A program made the translations under genes and the position numbers. From the NCBI GenBank assembly GCA_020353515.1, contig CP070695.1, positions 1,419,216 through 1,483,215 of the forward strand: DNA of 64,000 nt, given 5' to 3'. Positions 1-9,629 of the stretch are shown one piece after another (positions within the stretch are counted from its first letter, which is position 1; each line of letters begins with the position of its first letter). The notes below the pieces were generated by a model. That model made no database searches. It was not told the DNA's origin and was given only the letters and a program-made list of their open reading frames with translations. The DNA comes from Candidatus Heimdallarchaeota archaeon (lineage in GTDB: Archaea > Asgardarchaeota > Heimdallarchaeia > Hodarchaeales > Hodarchaeaceae).

Positions 1-1381
1 TAAGAGCAATTTCTGGTGATGGTTGAAAACGTGTTGGCTCACTCAATAATTTCTCTAGCTCAATAGGAGAAATCCGTATAATATTTGCTAAATATTCAAT
101 CGATCTGAATTTTGAGGAAATCATACGCTTAACTTCTTGACTCCACCATTCCTCAGTCCAAGCAGACAATTCAATAGTTTCTGTAGCTGGAATATCATCT
201 GGAGAAAGTAAAATGTCTCCCATTTCCCAGATCTGAGTTACATCACTTTCTACTTCAATGATTCTGGTTAAGGATTCAATCCTCTCACTAGAACCATCTT
301 TAAATTCAACTAGAGGACCTGTTAGGGTTGAAACTGGGAAAACTGTAAGGGGTCGTTCCATGAAATCAATTTTAATGCTCGTGCCTGGAGACATCATTTC
401 TGAAAGATACATTGTCACTGGATGAACTCCCGCGGCACCTTGGCCCGTGTTACGTGAATAGCCATATCTTAATCTAAATCCTCCAGGTTTTCCTGATCTT
501 GAGAGTAAAGGCTGTGTCCCACGAACCTCGTTTCTTCCAAATTCATGTTTTTTCCTTCTTATCCCTTCAAAAGGGGGTACAAGCCATTCCCACTCAGGAA
601 TACCTGAAGCTAGACGAAGATGAGCGATTGAGTTGATATTATCAATTATTTTATCAAAAGCAACACACATACCCATTCGCAATCTATTTGTCATATTTGG
701 TAAATTTCGATATTTCTTAACTTCAATTCGTTCATACGCTTCCCCAGAAATCTCAACACCGATATTTTGTACTAAAAAGTTGATTAAGTCTTTTCGTAAA
801 TCCCAAGAACGATCATTCATTTTAAAGTAAATTTCTATTTCTTCAACATATCTATTTATCAGTTCTGGGGACGGATTATACCGATTAAGATGTAAAACAT
901 GTCGTATATAATCAGCAATTAGAACTACTAGTCCAACAGTCTCTCCAGTTACATAACGTACTGTATTGGAAAAATATATGGTTAAGTGGTTTGATTTAGA
1001 ACCAATTGAAATCTTTGGAATGCTTTCATGAGGAACTGAGATCAATCCTTGACTTAAAATCACTAAAGAGCTGTGTAGCGCCATTAGTATAAGATTCTCA
1101 CGAGTATCTTTTACAAATCGTCCATTAACAATCTGTTTGGCAATATCTGCAGCTAAAAGAAGAGGACTTTCATGCCAAGAGAGATTTGAAGGGAGATATT
1201 CTTCTAATTTCGGAATATTTAGAATTGCTCCTATCTTCGCTTTTGAAGTAAAAGTAAGTTTGGATTCTATTTTGGATTGAGGGTCGAGCTTTCGGGCTCT
1301 TGCTTGTGTTGCTAATTGAACTTGAGTTTTAAGGACGTTTTTTATATTTTGAAGATATTCTAGAAACTCTTTTTCTATCAT
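1..1381 (-). CDS. DNA polymerase D large subunit (DP2/PolC) homolog, highly divergent; N-terminal 460 aa, runs off the window edge
   Basis: Translated by hand, not in the ORF track. ATG at 1381 with an AGAGGA SD-like site, open to position 1. DP2 landmarks in the right order: ARARKLDP, LIADYIR, RYVEEIEIY, YRNLPNMTNRLRMGMC, WEWL, PGGFRLRYGYSRNTG, GVHPVTMYL, GPLVEFKDGS, GDILLS, EEWW. Confidence 0.9.
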   Translation of the reverse strand, partial: MIEKEFLEYLQNIKNVLKTQVQLATQARARKLDPQSKIESKLTFTSKAKIGAILNIPKLEEYLPSNLSWHESPLLLAADIAKQIVNGRFVKDTRENLILMALHSSLVILSQGLISVPHESIPKISIGSKSNHLTIYFSNTVRYVTGETVGLVVLIADYIRHVLHLNRYNPSPELINRYVEEIEIYFKMNDRSWDLRKDLINFLVQNIGVEISGEAYERIEVKKYRNLPNMTNRLRMGMCVAFDKIIDNINSIAHLRLASGIPEWEWLVPPFEGIRRKKHEFGRNEVRGTQPLLSRSGKPGGFRLRYGYSRNTGQGAAGVHPVTMYLSEMMSPGTSIKIDFMERPLTVFPVSTLTGPLVEFKDGSSERIESLTRIIEVESDVTQIWEMGDILLSPDDIPATETIELSAWTEEWWSQEVKRMISSKFRSIEYLANIIRISPIELEKLLSEPTRFQPSPEIAL

Positions 1382-1387
1382 TTCCTC

Positions 1388-2110
1388 TCACGATAAAATA
1401 TGAACACCATTCATCAAGGTTACATTAAGTATGCCCAGATTATCTAGGTTGTTTTCCCCCTCAAAGTAATATATGCCAGTATAGTCTGAACTGGAAGAGG
1501 GAATAAGATAGTGAGTAGTATTAAAGATATAGATTGAAGAAGCATCTACGTTTTCGAGCTGTTTTCCTCTTGATTGTTGAATGATAACTTTATTACCCTG
1601 AATTTCAACACGTCCAATAAAAACAATAGAAAAGGCTTCATCAATGGTGAACGTAGACGAGACAGCACTCATCCTCAAATGCAGTTCTGCTTGAATCTGA
1701 CTAGAATAAACAGTTCCGAAGCTGTCTGATACATTCCCATAAGGAGCTAATTGTGCGCTAAGATTGAAGTTGTGATTAGATAATTGGAATTCTGAAGTAA
1801 CCCCTCTCGCAGAGTAGAGTGTTTCGATTCCATTTAAAAAATCATTTATTCTAGTGATGGCTGTACTGGGAGTCAATGTTGTACCATTCTCAGAGTATTC
1901 AGTTAAAATTAGTTCCAAGTAATTCTGAATTTCACGTTTTGAGTCCAAGTATGGTTCTCGTAAGGTTTCCCGATCAAATTCGATTCTTTCGGCTCCAAGA
2001 TTCATCAAAGCAGAGGTCATCATTACAACATAAACAGCTATTAACATCGTTGCTAAGATGAACATCTGACCTCTATGTTTTTTCGAGTATTTGAATCCTG
2101 GAATTCCCAT
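1388..2110 (-). CDS. Pilin-like protein with class III signal peptide
   Basis: KKHRG|QMFILATMLIAVYVVMM: basic leader, RG|Q cleavage site, hydrophobic helix; lies in the pilus operon. Confidence 0.75.
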   Translation of the reverse strand: MGIPGFKYSKKHRGQMFILATMLIAVYVVMMTSALMNLGAERIEFDRETLREPYLDSKREIQNYLELILTEYSENGTTLTPSTAITRINDFLNGIETLYSARGVTSEFQLSNHNFNLSAQLAPYGNVSDSFGTVYSSQIQAELHLRMSAVSSTFTIDEAFSIVFIGRVEIQGNKVIIQQSRGKQLENVDASSIYIFNTTHYLIPSSSSDYTGIYYFEGENNLDNLGILNVTLMNGVHILS

Positions 2111-2626
2111 CTAGAATTTCTCCCATAAATATAGTTGTACCAGATATTGCGTAGTATATTGCCCAAACGTGGCTGAAGTAAACGAACCTAAATGGTAATT
2201 CGCCACAACTCCTTTTCCTCCTTGTTGGAGTGCAACAAGGGCTGTTGAAGACCCAATAACGCTAAAAAAATCTTCATTAATTGTACCATTAACTATTTCA
2301 TGAGCAATTAGGGCATAGTCAATATTTTTAGACACTATAGTAGTAATATATTCATTCAGTAGATTTTTGTAACTTAAAAATTCCTGTTCATATCTAGTGT
2401 CTCCATAAAGATATATAACAGGTCTTAATAATCCTGCTTCATCTGAAGCTGCAAGAATATCTGTTGCTGTTTGATCCAAACCAGTAAGATTTGAATAAGA
2501 CGATAAGGTCTGATTTGTTGCCCCTATCAATAGAAGAGCAAGAACAAGCATTAATGCTACTGAAACAAGTGTTTCTGCAATCTGTAGTTGTCCTCTATGT
2601 TTATTCATTTGTTCTATTTGCTCCAT
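2111..2626 (-). CDS. Minor pilin-like protein with class III signal peptide
   Basis: KHRG|QLQIAETLVSVALMLVLALL. Confidence 0.78.
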   Translation of the reverse strand: MEQIEQMNKHRGQLQIAETLVSVALMLVLALLLIGATNQTLSSYSNLTGLDQTATDILAASDEAGLLRPVIYLYGDTRYEQEFLSYKNLLNEYITTIVSKNIDYALIAHEIVNGTINEDFFSVIGSSTALVALQQGGKGVVANYHLGSFTSATFGQYTTQYLVQLYLWEKF

Positions 2627-3774
2627 AAGGTTAATTGACAGCTCATTAACGTACCTCTGACAATAATGGGATAGAATTTTGATAACATTGATTTTGTTCT
2701 GGTACCAGGAATTTCTTCTCCAAATACCTGGTTAAATATCCCACCAGTCGAAACACGATCAAGAATCACAGGATATGATCCTATTTTTACTTGATACTGG
2801 TTATCAGTTATAGCAATACTGAGAAAGGCAACCAAACCTTCATTCGGAATTGAAACTGTCTCATTGCCATACGAGGCTGTTTCTAAATTTATAGTTTTTT
2901 TCGAGTAGCCCGATGTGGTATTTTGATATATGATAGAGAGAAAATGCGAATCAGGACTTATTGGTAAATTATCTGATGCTAAAAAACTAGTAGAATTGAT
3001 ACCTCCTCCCCAAATAGTTGTACTTGAAGATGGACCAATGAAAACTACTTCAGAAGTTGGATCATTGAAACTCCAGTTCATACACCAAAGAGGACCTTTT
3101 TCTACAATGATAAATACTATATGTTCTCCCCCTGGGACATTTTCAGTGGGATTTGATAGCTGGAGAGAAGTTTCTCCGTTGGAATTAGTTAATGTTGCTC
3201 CTTCAGGAATCACATTGCCATTAGTCAGATCAATGGTAAAGAAATTAACTAAAGCATCTGCAATAGATATATTATAAAGATTTTTTACATTTACTTGAGC
3301 GAAATTTGTAGAAGAAGCATTTACTTCTGCATTTAATAAAGGATAGAATCCTAATCGGAAATTAAAATCCCTATCTAAACCGATTGTCTCCTTAAGAGTG
3401 TCATAATCAAACATTGTGTATCCTGATACACCAGATGAATCCTTAAACGTTAATCGCGCTATTTTTGCACTATCTAAAACAAGATATGACTGTGCATTAC
3501 TATCCGCTAGGCCAAAAGATGCTGGAAGTGATTGATGATAGCCCCAATCAAGATCTCCATCCTCAAAAAGTAATTGACGACCTAAGATATCTAACTCCTC
3601 ATAGGTTATGATTTCCCTTGAACTGGTATTTATACCTGTTTGTACATTAATAACAAGTAAAATTAACTGCGATAACATAAGTAAGAAGAGAAAAAGACTC
3701 ACAACAAAGTCGACAGCTCTAATCTGTCCACGGCGTCGTTTTTTAAGTCTTGGAAAGTTCATCTTGTTACCCAT
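2614..3774 (-). CDS. Large pilin-like/adhesin protein with class III signal peptide
   Basis: KKRRRG|QIRAVDFVVSLFLFLLML followed by a beta-rich extracellular region. Confidence 0.75.
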   Translation of the reverse strand: MGNKMNFPRLKKRRRGQIRAVDFVVSLFLFLLMLSQLILLVINVQTGINTSSREIITYEELDILGRQLLFEDGDLDWGYHQSLPASFGLADSNAQSYLVLDSAKIARLTFKDSSGVSGYTMFDYDTLKETIGLDRDFNFRLGFYPLLNAEVNASSTNFAQVNVKNLYNISIADALVNFFTIDLTNGNVIPEGATLTNSNGETSLQLSNPTENVPGGEHIVFIIVEKGPLWCMNWSFNDPTSEVVFIGPSSSTTIWGGGINSTSFLASDNLPISPDSHFLSIIYQNTTSGYSKKTINLETASYGNETVSIPNEGLVAFLSIAITDNQYQVKIGSYPVILDRVSTGGIFNQVFGEEIPGTRTKSMLSKFYPIIVRGTLMSCQLTLWSK

Positions 3775-3804
3775 TTATCGATGTAAATAATCCATTTAAA
3801 CTCG

Positions 3805-4260
3805 CTAAGATATGACATCCTCGGTAGAAGAACCAACATTCGCGACCTCAAGTTGAATAACTATCTCTTGGATACGATCTTTTAATTCTAACATTGTTGT
3901 TTCCAATTCTGTCAATTGTAATCCCTTCTCTAAGAGAGAGGTGGCTTGTGAAATTAGTTCATCAGCTTTCTGGGTTTTATCTGTCTTCATTGTTGAGGTT
4001 AGCTCTGTTAAATTATTCATTTTTTTCATAATTTCGGAGATATTGTTTTCAATTTCAGAGATTCTTTTTTCCAGAGGGGCTAGATCAACTTCAACAGGAC
4101 CAGCTTGAGGAGCAGATACAGATTTTAAGGCTGGAGATTTGGGTGTTGCTCCACCTGTTCCCATCCCCTGAACCATCAAAAACTCCATATTGGTTAGTTT
4201 ATCTTCTAGAGCTGAAACTTTATCTAGTAATTCTGTGAGCATTTTTTCTTCTTTTCCCAT
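3805..4260 (-). CDS. Coiled-coil hypothetical protein in the pilus operon
   Basis: Heptad-rich L/E/K segments around a Gly/Pro linker; no TM helix. Confidence 0.65.
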   Translation of the reverse strand: MGKEEKMLTELLDKVSALEDKLTNMEFLMVQGMGTGGATPKSPALKSVSAPQAGPVEVDLAPLEKRISEIENNISEIMKKMNNLTELTSTMKTDKTQKADELISQATSLLEKGLQLTELETTMLELKDRIQEIVIQLEVANVGSSTEDVIS

Positions 4261-4283
4261 GAAAATCGACCTCGAATTACATA

Positions 4284-5282
4284 TTATACCAGACCAAATA
4301 GTGAGAAAATCTGTGAGATAATATCTGCTATTAGGATCTTAAAGATCACGTAGCAAATTATTAAAAGAATACAGGAATATTTTAGTCCAAGATTTGCATT
4401 TCCTTGCCCCATCTTACCTGCTATGAGACCTGCAAATATTGCTTCAACAACCATTAAATGGAAGAAGATTAATTGCATTCCTGCAACATTAAATGGCAAT
4501 GCTGCTGTTAATGGTTGTTCTTCTGATACTGCTTCTACCATGTTAAGAGCTAAGGTTTGGAAGAAGGAAATGAGTAAAATGATCATCACTAACGAGAAGA
4601 CGATATATGAAACAAAAATTATCCAAGTGAATGGTTTCATCGACCCAAGACGTTCCCTTTTTAATCCAAGAACTTCTGATACGTGTCTATGAGCAGAATC
4701 GAATACATCCTCAATGGCTCCTCCTGAACGTTCAGCCTCTAAGATTAATAGTGATGTTCTTCTCATCAGGGGAGTATCTGTAATTTCCGTTAAACTTCGA
4801 AGTGTTTTACTAAAAGGGATTCCCCAACTGATCTTGGCTGCCATTTTTTTCAATTCAGGAGTAAGAGCTCCGTAATTGTGCTTACTTGCTGACATGATTG
4901 CCCTTGGCAATGGAAGACCAGTCTTTTGAGCGTCAGAAACCTCACGTAACAAGGATGGGATATTTTCATCAATGTTGTCACGCCATTTTTGGTCGGAATG
5001 ATATGCCCAAGCTGGAATAACAATTAAGACAAGAATAGCTACAACAGTTATGTCAATAACATCAAAGAAATTGACAATTGGATCTCTGATAACCTCACTT
5101 ACTTTGTCAAGATAACTGTTATCCATTGGATCTCCCTCTTCTTTTATGGGAGGTTCTACTGGAAAAATGTGATTTAAAACTGGGATATAAAAGTAGAAAA
5201 AGGCTGTTCCAGATGCTATTATGAAGAAAAGTATCGATATAATCCAGATCCACCGTTCACGTTTTTTTGTTAATTTTCCCAT
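4284..5282 (-). CDS. Type II secretion system F-family membrane platform protein (TadC/FlaJ-like)
   Basis: IDENIPSLLREV...YGALTPELKKMAAKISWG...EAERSGG, several TM helices, GLIAGKM. Confidence 0.9.
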   Translation of the reverse strand: MGKLTKKRERWIWIISILFFIIASGTAFFYFYIPVLNHIFPVEPPIKEEGDPMDNSYLDKVSEVIRDPIVNFFDVIDITVVAILVLIVIPAWAYHSDQKWRDNIDENIPSLLREVSDAQKTGLPLPRAIMSASKHNYGALTPELKKMAAKISWGIPFSKTLRSLTEITDTPLMRRTSLLILEAERSGGAIEDVFDSAHRHVSEVLGLKRERLGSMKPFTWIIFVSYIVFSLVMIILLISFFQTLALNMVEAVSEEQPLTAALPFNVAGMQLIFFHLMVVEAIFAGLIAGKMGQGNANLGLKYSCILLIICYVIFKILIADIISQIFSLFGLV

Positions 5283-5303
5283 TGCTTGTAACCTCTTTTT
5301 CTA

Positions 5304-6212
5304 CTAAACCTCTCGTGAAATCGTAGAGATCAACAAAATCATTACAACTAGCAAAATAGGCATTATTAAGTAAGTTAATAGCAACATTATGACAGTTAAA
5401 ATTTCTATCTCTGGTGAAATAACAGCAAGAATTGCGATAATAACAACAAAAAACAAAGGAGCAACCACTCCTAAAATCATAAATATTTCCGCTAATATTC
5501 CTAACTGCTCAATGAACTCCTTAGTTTCCTCTTCCTTCATTTTCATTAAAGCTTTTGCTTCAGCAGAGAGATAAAAGGTTAAATCTCCTCCACTTGTGAC
5601 CGTTGCTGACATTCCATCTAAAAATTTAGAAAATCGTTCGGAAGGGGATCTTTCACTTGCAGTACGTAACGCCTTTAGAATGTCATATCCAAAGATTTCG
5701 ATATCCCTTGTAATTCGCTTACTCTCTTTAGAGATTTCTGGAGCAACTGAGGCTTCTCCTGCGAGTGAATAAAACAATCTGTTTGGAGGGACTCCTGAAC
5801 TCGACATAGCGGAAAGATATGAAGCAGTAGAAGGTAATCCTGACTCTATCAATATTTTACGATCAGCGGCCTTCATCTGTGGCCAATAGAGGAATGGTAG
5901 ATATGCAACAATGCTTATTATTACCCCAATGACTATTCCAAGTAAGATGGACGGAAAAAGCTGATTTTGAATATTTGCAGCTTGAAGCAATAGTATACTG
6001 GTTGTTATAATGATAAAAGACAAAATTCCCACAAGAATCGAACTAAAAATGGCACTTCCTAGATAAGCACGAACAGAAATATCCATACCTGCTTTTTTTA
6101 GACTTGTATTTAGTCTTTCAAAGCGTCCTTTTTCAATCCAGGGTTCAAGAAATCTGCCAAATCTGAGATAACCGACTCTTCTAATGACCTTACTCACAAG
6201 TAAACACTCCAA
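5304..6212 (-). CDS. Type II secretion system F-family membrane platform protein (TadB-like); true start may be the GTG a few codons in
   Basis: YLSAMSSSGVPP, IEIFGYDILKAL, SERSPSERFSKFLDGM, SGGDL. Confidence 0.9.
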   Translation of the reverse strand: MECLLVSKVIRRVGYLRFGRFLEPWIEKGRFERLNTSLKKAGMDISVRAYLGSAIFSSILVGILSFIIITTSILLLQAANIQNQLFPSILLGIVIGVIISIVAYLPFLYWPQMKAADRKILIESGLPSTASYLSAMSSSGVPPNRLFYSLAGEASVAPEISKESKRITRDIEIFGYDILKALRTASERSPSERFSKFLDGMSATVTSGGDLTFYLSAEAKALMKMKEEETKEFIEQLGILAEIFMILGVVAPLFFVVIIAILAVISPEIEILTVIMLLLTYLIMPILLVVMILLISTISREV

Positions 6213-6218
6213 ATGATC

Positions 6219-7727
6219 TTAAATTGCTTTTAACTCTCTTTTTGCACGATCAACTGTTTCAAGAGCACTCTGGTAATAACTGTTAATTACTTCAGACACC
6301 TGAGAAAAATGGGCTAACTTCTTTTTAACCATCCACCTTAAGATGGTTTTTCTGCGCTCAAGTTCATCGAAAACTTGGGCCTCAGTCAAACCTTGAGCTT
6401 CTTGAATACCTTCTAAGGCGTAGGATCGGCCATAGTTGATAAATGCATCCTCACGAGCATTCCATCCAAAAACTTTGTTCGTTATCAATTCTGTCGTTAC
6501 AGGATCTATTCCTACGATTTCAGTGCATTCGATCACTCGTCGTACTTGTTTGTCACCACGACGGACCTTTCGAAGGACGAGAAGGATATTTAAGGTTTGA
6601 ATTAAAGTTCTTGGAATATTCATTGGTTCATTCTCTAGACGTCTAATAGTTCCAGTTACGCTATCACCGTGAATTGTCCCCATTCCAGTGTGACCAGTAG
6701 CCATTGCTTGAAAGAGATTATACGCTTCTGCTCCTCGTACTTCTCCAACAAAAAGGTAATCTGGTCTTTGGCGAAGTGCTGCACGTAGAAGGTCATACAT
6801 TGAGACTTCTCCTCGACGAGTTCCATCAGCTTCACGCCCTCCATAACCTTCTCGTGCCACAGCAGGAATCCAGTTTTCATGGGGAATATGAAGTTCTGCT
6901 GTGTCTTCAATCGAAACGATTTTCATTCCAGGTCTGATATACATAGCGAGACTATTGAGGAGCGATGTTTTTCCTGCTGCTGTACCTCCTGCAATAACAA
7001 TGGAATTTCTATTTTCTAAGATATACCATAAGAACGCAGCCAAATCCTCATCAATGGTGTTAAAAATTACCATATCTGTTATTGTTAATGGATCAGATCG
7101 AAATTTTCTGATAGTAAAAGTACTCCCTCGCTGGGTTACCTCACGACCATAGGTAAGCTGAAGTCGGCTGCCATCTGGTAATGCAGCATCTAGTAAAGGT
7201 CTCGCTACACTGATATGGCGTCCAGCTCGTTGAGCTAATTTGATGATAAATGCATCCAAGTTGTCCTCCTCCTCAAATTTAACATTTGTTTGGATACTTT
7301 CAAATTTCCGGTGCCAAATATAAACAGGAATTCCTACTCCATCACAAGATATATCTTCGACATTGTGGTCCTTTAGCATTGCATCAATCGGACCGAATCC
7401 GACGAAATCACGAGTAATATGATAATTAATCTTATCGAAGGTTTTCTCATCTAATTTTAGTCCATAATCTTTAGCAATTCTAATTACCTTAGATCTAAGG
7501 TAATCACGTGCAACCTCAGGATTTTTAAGGACATTGAAATCTACATCCAATTCTTCTTCGAGAATATTTTTAATCATATCTAAGATTTCTTTCTCTTTAG
7601 TGCTTAAAGGAACTTCAACAACAGTATATTTAGTCTGTTTGGTTTCAGGGTCGGTTGCAACCAACGCATAACTGAAGGGGGGGATTAATGGATATGTCTC
7701 TCGAATTAGACTACTTGATTCTGCCAT
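6219..7727 (-). CDS. Type IV pilus/secretion ATPase (FlaI/VirB11/TadA family)
   Basis: Walker A GGTAAGKTS, SIEDTAEL, ALRQRPDYLFVGEVRG, TGHTGMGTIHG. Confidence 0.96.
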   Translation of the reverse strand: MAESSSLIRETYPLIPPFSYALVATDPETKQTKYTVVEVPLSTKEKEILDMIKNILEEELDVDFNVLKNPEVARDYLRSKVIRIAKDYGLKLDEKTFDKINYHITRDFVGFGPIDAMLKDHNVEDISCDGVGIPVYIWHRKFESIQTNVKFEEEDNLDAFIIKLAQRAGRHISVARPLLDAALPDGSRLQLTYGREVTQRGSTFTIRKFRSDPLTITDMVIFNTIDEDLAAFLWYILENRNSIVIAGGTAAGKTSLLNSLAMYIRPGMKIVSIEDTAELHIPHENWIPAVAREGYGGREADGTRRGEVSMYDLLRAALRQRPDYLFVGEVRGAEAYNLFQAMATGHTGMGTIHGDSVTGTIRRLENEPMNIPRTLIQTLNILLVLRKVRRGDKQVRRVIECTEIVGIDPVTTELITNKVFGWNAREDAFINYGRSYALEGIQEAQGLTEAQVFDELERRKTILRWMVKKKLAHFSQVSEVINSYYQSALETVDRAKRELKAI

Positions 7728-7870
7728 TTATTTGTAGCTCCTACTTTTTTTCTCTTCTAGATCCAAGAGTGATGTTTTTTTTTAGATTATTTTTTCCTAG
7801 GTAAATATTTCCTACTGATAATATTTTTTTGATTTGGATAAAGGTAATCATAACTTTTAGTTTAATCTAC

Positions 7871-8323
7871 TCAAGAAATGGTTATTACGATATTATTTCC
7901 GTTTTTTTCTATATGTAAGGCCAATAGAGTATTTACACTTTCAAATATTGAATCTGATGTTTCAATAATGTATTTTGGGGCCACTGTAAAGATTTTTATC
8001 TGATCAACGTCTCCATTCGAGGAAAAACCGTGTAAAATGATCTGATTGTCAGAGGAGTTATAGATCTCAATAGAATACGGAGACATTTCCCCTATGACAG
8101 CTGGTAGTTCTAGTTGTTGTTCGATCAACTGACTACCGTCTGTTGAAAGAAGTAGTGATTGCTGAATTTGTTTTTGAATTAAATCAAGAATTCGTGTCAT
8201 TTCCACATCTGCAATATTCTCCCGAAATTGGTCGCTTAATGTTAAGAACATGAGATTTGTGATAATAACCATGTTCAAACCAAGAATAAAGATAACAATA
8301 AATGTGATATATTGAGATGCCAT
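7871..8323 (-). CDS. Pilin-like membrane-anchored protein
   Basis: N-terminal hydrophobic helix (ASQYITFIVIFILG) and a LELPAVIG..PYSIEI pattern; operon context. No basic leader, and an in-frame TAA lies two codons upstream of the ATG. Confidence 0.6.
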   Translation of the reverse strand: MASQYITFIVIFILGLNMVIITNLMFLTLSDQFRENIADVEMTRILDLIQKQIQQSLLLSTDGSQLIEQQLELPAVIGEMSPYSIEIYNSSDNQIILHGFSSNGDVDQIKIFTVAPKYIIETSDSIFESVNTLLALHIEKNGNNIVITIS

Positions 8324-8349
8324 ATATTATTCCACGATTTTTGTATTAT

Positions 8350-9291
8350 TTAAGATGTTGAGAGACCTACTTCATATACTAATGTTTGAACCACAATATT
8401 GAAGTATTGAAGATTAAGCCCTTGTATGGTTTGTGTACTCCAAATGGATGTAGTTAATGTTCCTGATGGTTGAGCATTATCCCAAACTAATTCTAAAGCT
8501 CCAATTGAGCTGTCTTCTGGTAAAGTATATGGAGTAGAATAGCTATTATAAGAATGAATTGTAATATGTTGATATTGGCTTCGAATAGCTTCAAAATCCG
8601 CCGAAAGCAGGATCAAAAAGACCTCAAAGCGTATTTCGGGATCTGGTTGGGTTGAAATAGTTAAATAAATAGATATTCGATAGTTCAATGTTACATGGTG
8701 TCTTCTATCATCGAGATGGCTTAAAGTAAGGTTAGTTAGATCGAGATAATCAGTTGAGGAAAAAGTACCTGAAACAAAAATTGGATCACGAATTTTATAG
8801 GGGTCTGGTCCTGTTAAATATTTCGTGGTTCCACGAGGAATGACAGCTCTCGGACTGTTATAGGTCCAATCTAGCACTCCGATCGTTAGAAATCCAGTGA
8901 TATCATCAGTTAAATCTTCAAATAGGTTATATACGAGGTTTTCATCTTGATCAAGCAACCTTAATCGATAAGAATATCGTGCAGGATCAAATTCAACCCG
9001 GCCAGCAGGTTTATTAAAGAGAACAGTCCGAAAACCTCCAGGAGCACCACTTTCACTTATCAAGGATTTTATTGTTGTATCCAACTCTAAGAAACTATTA
9101 CTAGTTGTTGCTATCGCTTCTTCACTCTGAGCCTGTTGTATATATGGGACAACTTGAACGAAAGTGATCATGACTCCTGTAATGATTAGACCGAATATGA
9201 TAACTGTCGCTAGAACAGGAGAAACACCACGTGTTGTCCGAAAAATTGGGTTAGTTTTTAGTTTCAGGTTAGTGATAATAGCTTTATTCAA
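8350..9291 (-). CDS. Archaeal type IV pilin (archaellin/pilin N-terminal domain)
   Basis: RTTRG|VSPVLATVIIFGLII matches the archaeal class III signal consensus (RG|xSPVIA). Confidence 0.88.
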   Translation of the reverse strand: MNKAIITNLKLKTNPIFRTTRGVSPVLATVIIFGLIITGVMITFVQVVPYIQQAQSEEAIATTSNSFLELDTTIKSLISESGAPGGFRTVLFNKPAGRVEFDPARYSYRLRLLDQDENLVYNLFEDLTDDITGFLTIGVLDWTYNSPRAVIPRGTTKYLTGPDPYKIRDPIFVSGTFSSTDYLDLTNLTLSHLDDRRHHVTLNYRISIYLTISTQPDPEIRFEVFLILLSADFEAIRSQYQHITIHSYNSYSTPYTLPEDSSIGALELVWDNAQPSGTLTTSIWSTQTIQGLNLQYFNIVVQTLVYEVGLSTS

Positions 9292-9629
9292 GTTCGATCC
9301 CTTTCTATCGTTTTAAATGCATAATCACTATAAACAAGTCATTCTTCACGGATATATTATCAAAGATGTAATGATTTAAGGATTTTTGTATTCCCCAGAA
9401 AATTACTACACATTCTAAATTAACTCTTCTAAAGGGCAAAAAAATTCTTGTAAAGAATTAAGGGGAAGCCATAAAGAATTTACTCCAAAGAATAGAAAAG
9501 TCTTTCATAAAATTTCCTATTTTGTTTTATTCCTCAAAAGCAGAAAAGATTTAAGGAGTTCATAGGTTCAAAAAAATGACTTTTCTCAATAATCCTATGA
9601 GAGAATCTCCCTCTAAAACTGGTATGATA

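Noticed and set aside
633-830. Plus-strand 65-aa ORF and the many other short antisense or nested ORFs in the track (e.g. 2930..3277, 9560..9901, 45269..45628, 48014..48343, 62378..62692)
   Set aside because: They overlap well-supported genes on the opposite strand or another frame and have no motifs; treated as shadow ORFs.
3805-9291. Archaellum (motility) operon
   Set aside because: No FlaH, FlaF, FlaG or chemotaxis genes, and two separate TadB/C platform genes; this fits a pilus system.
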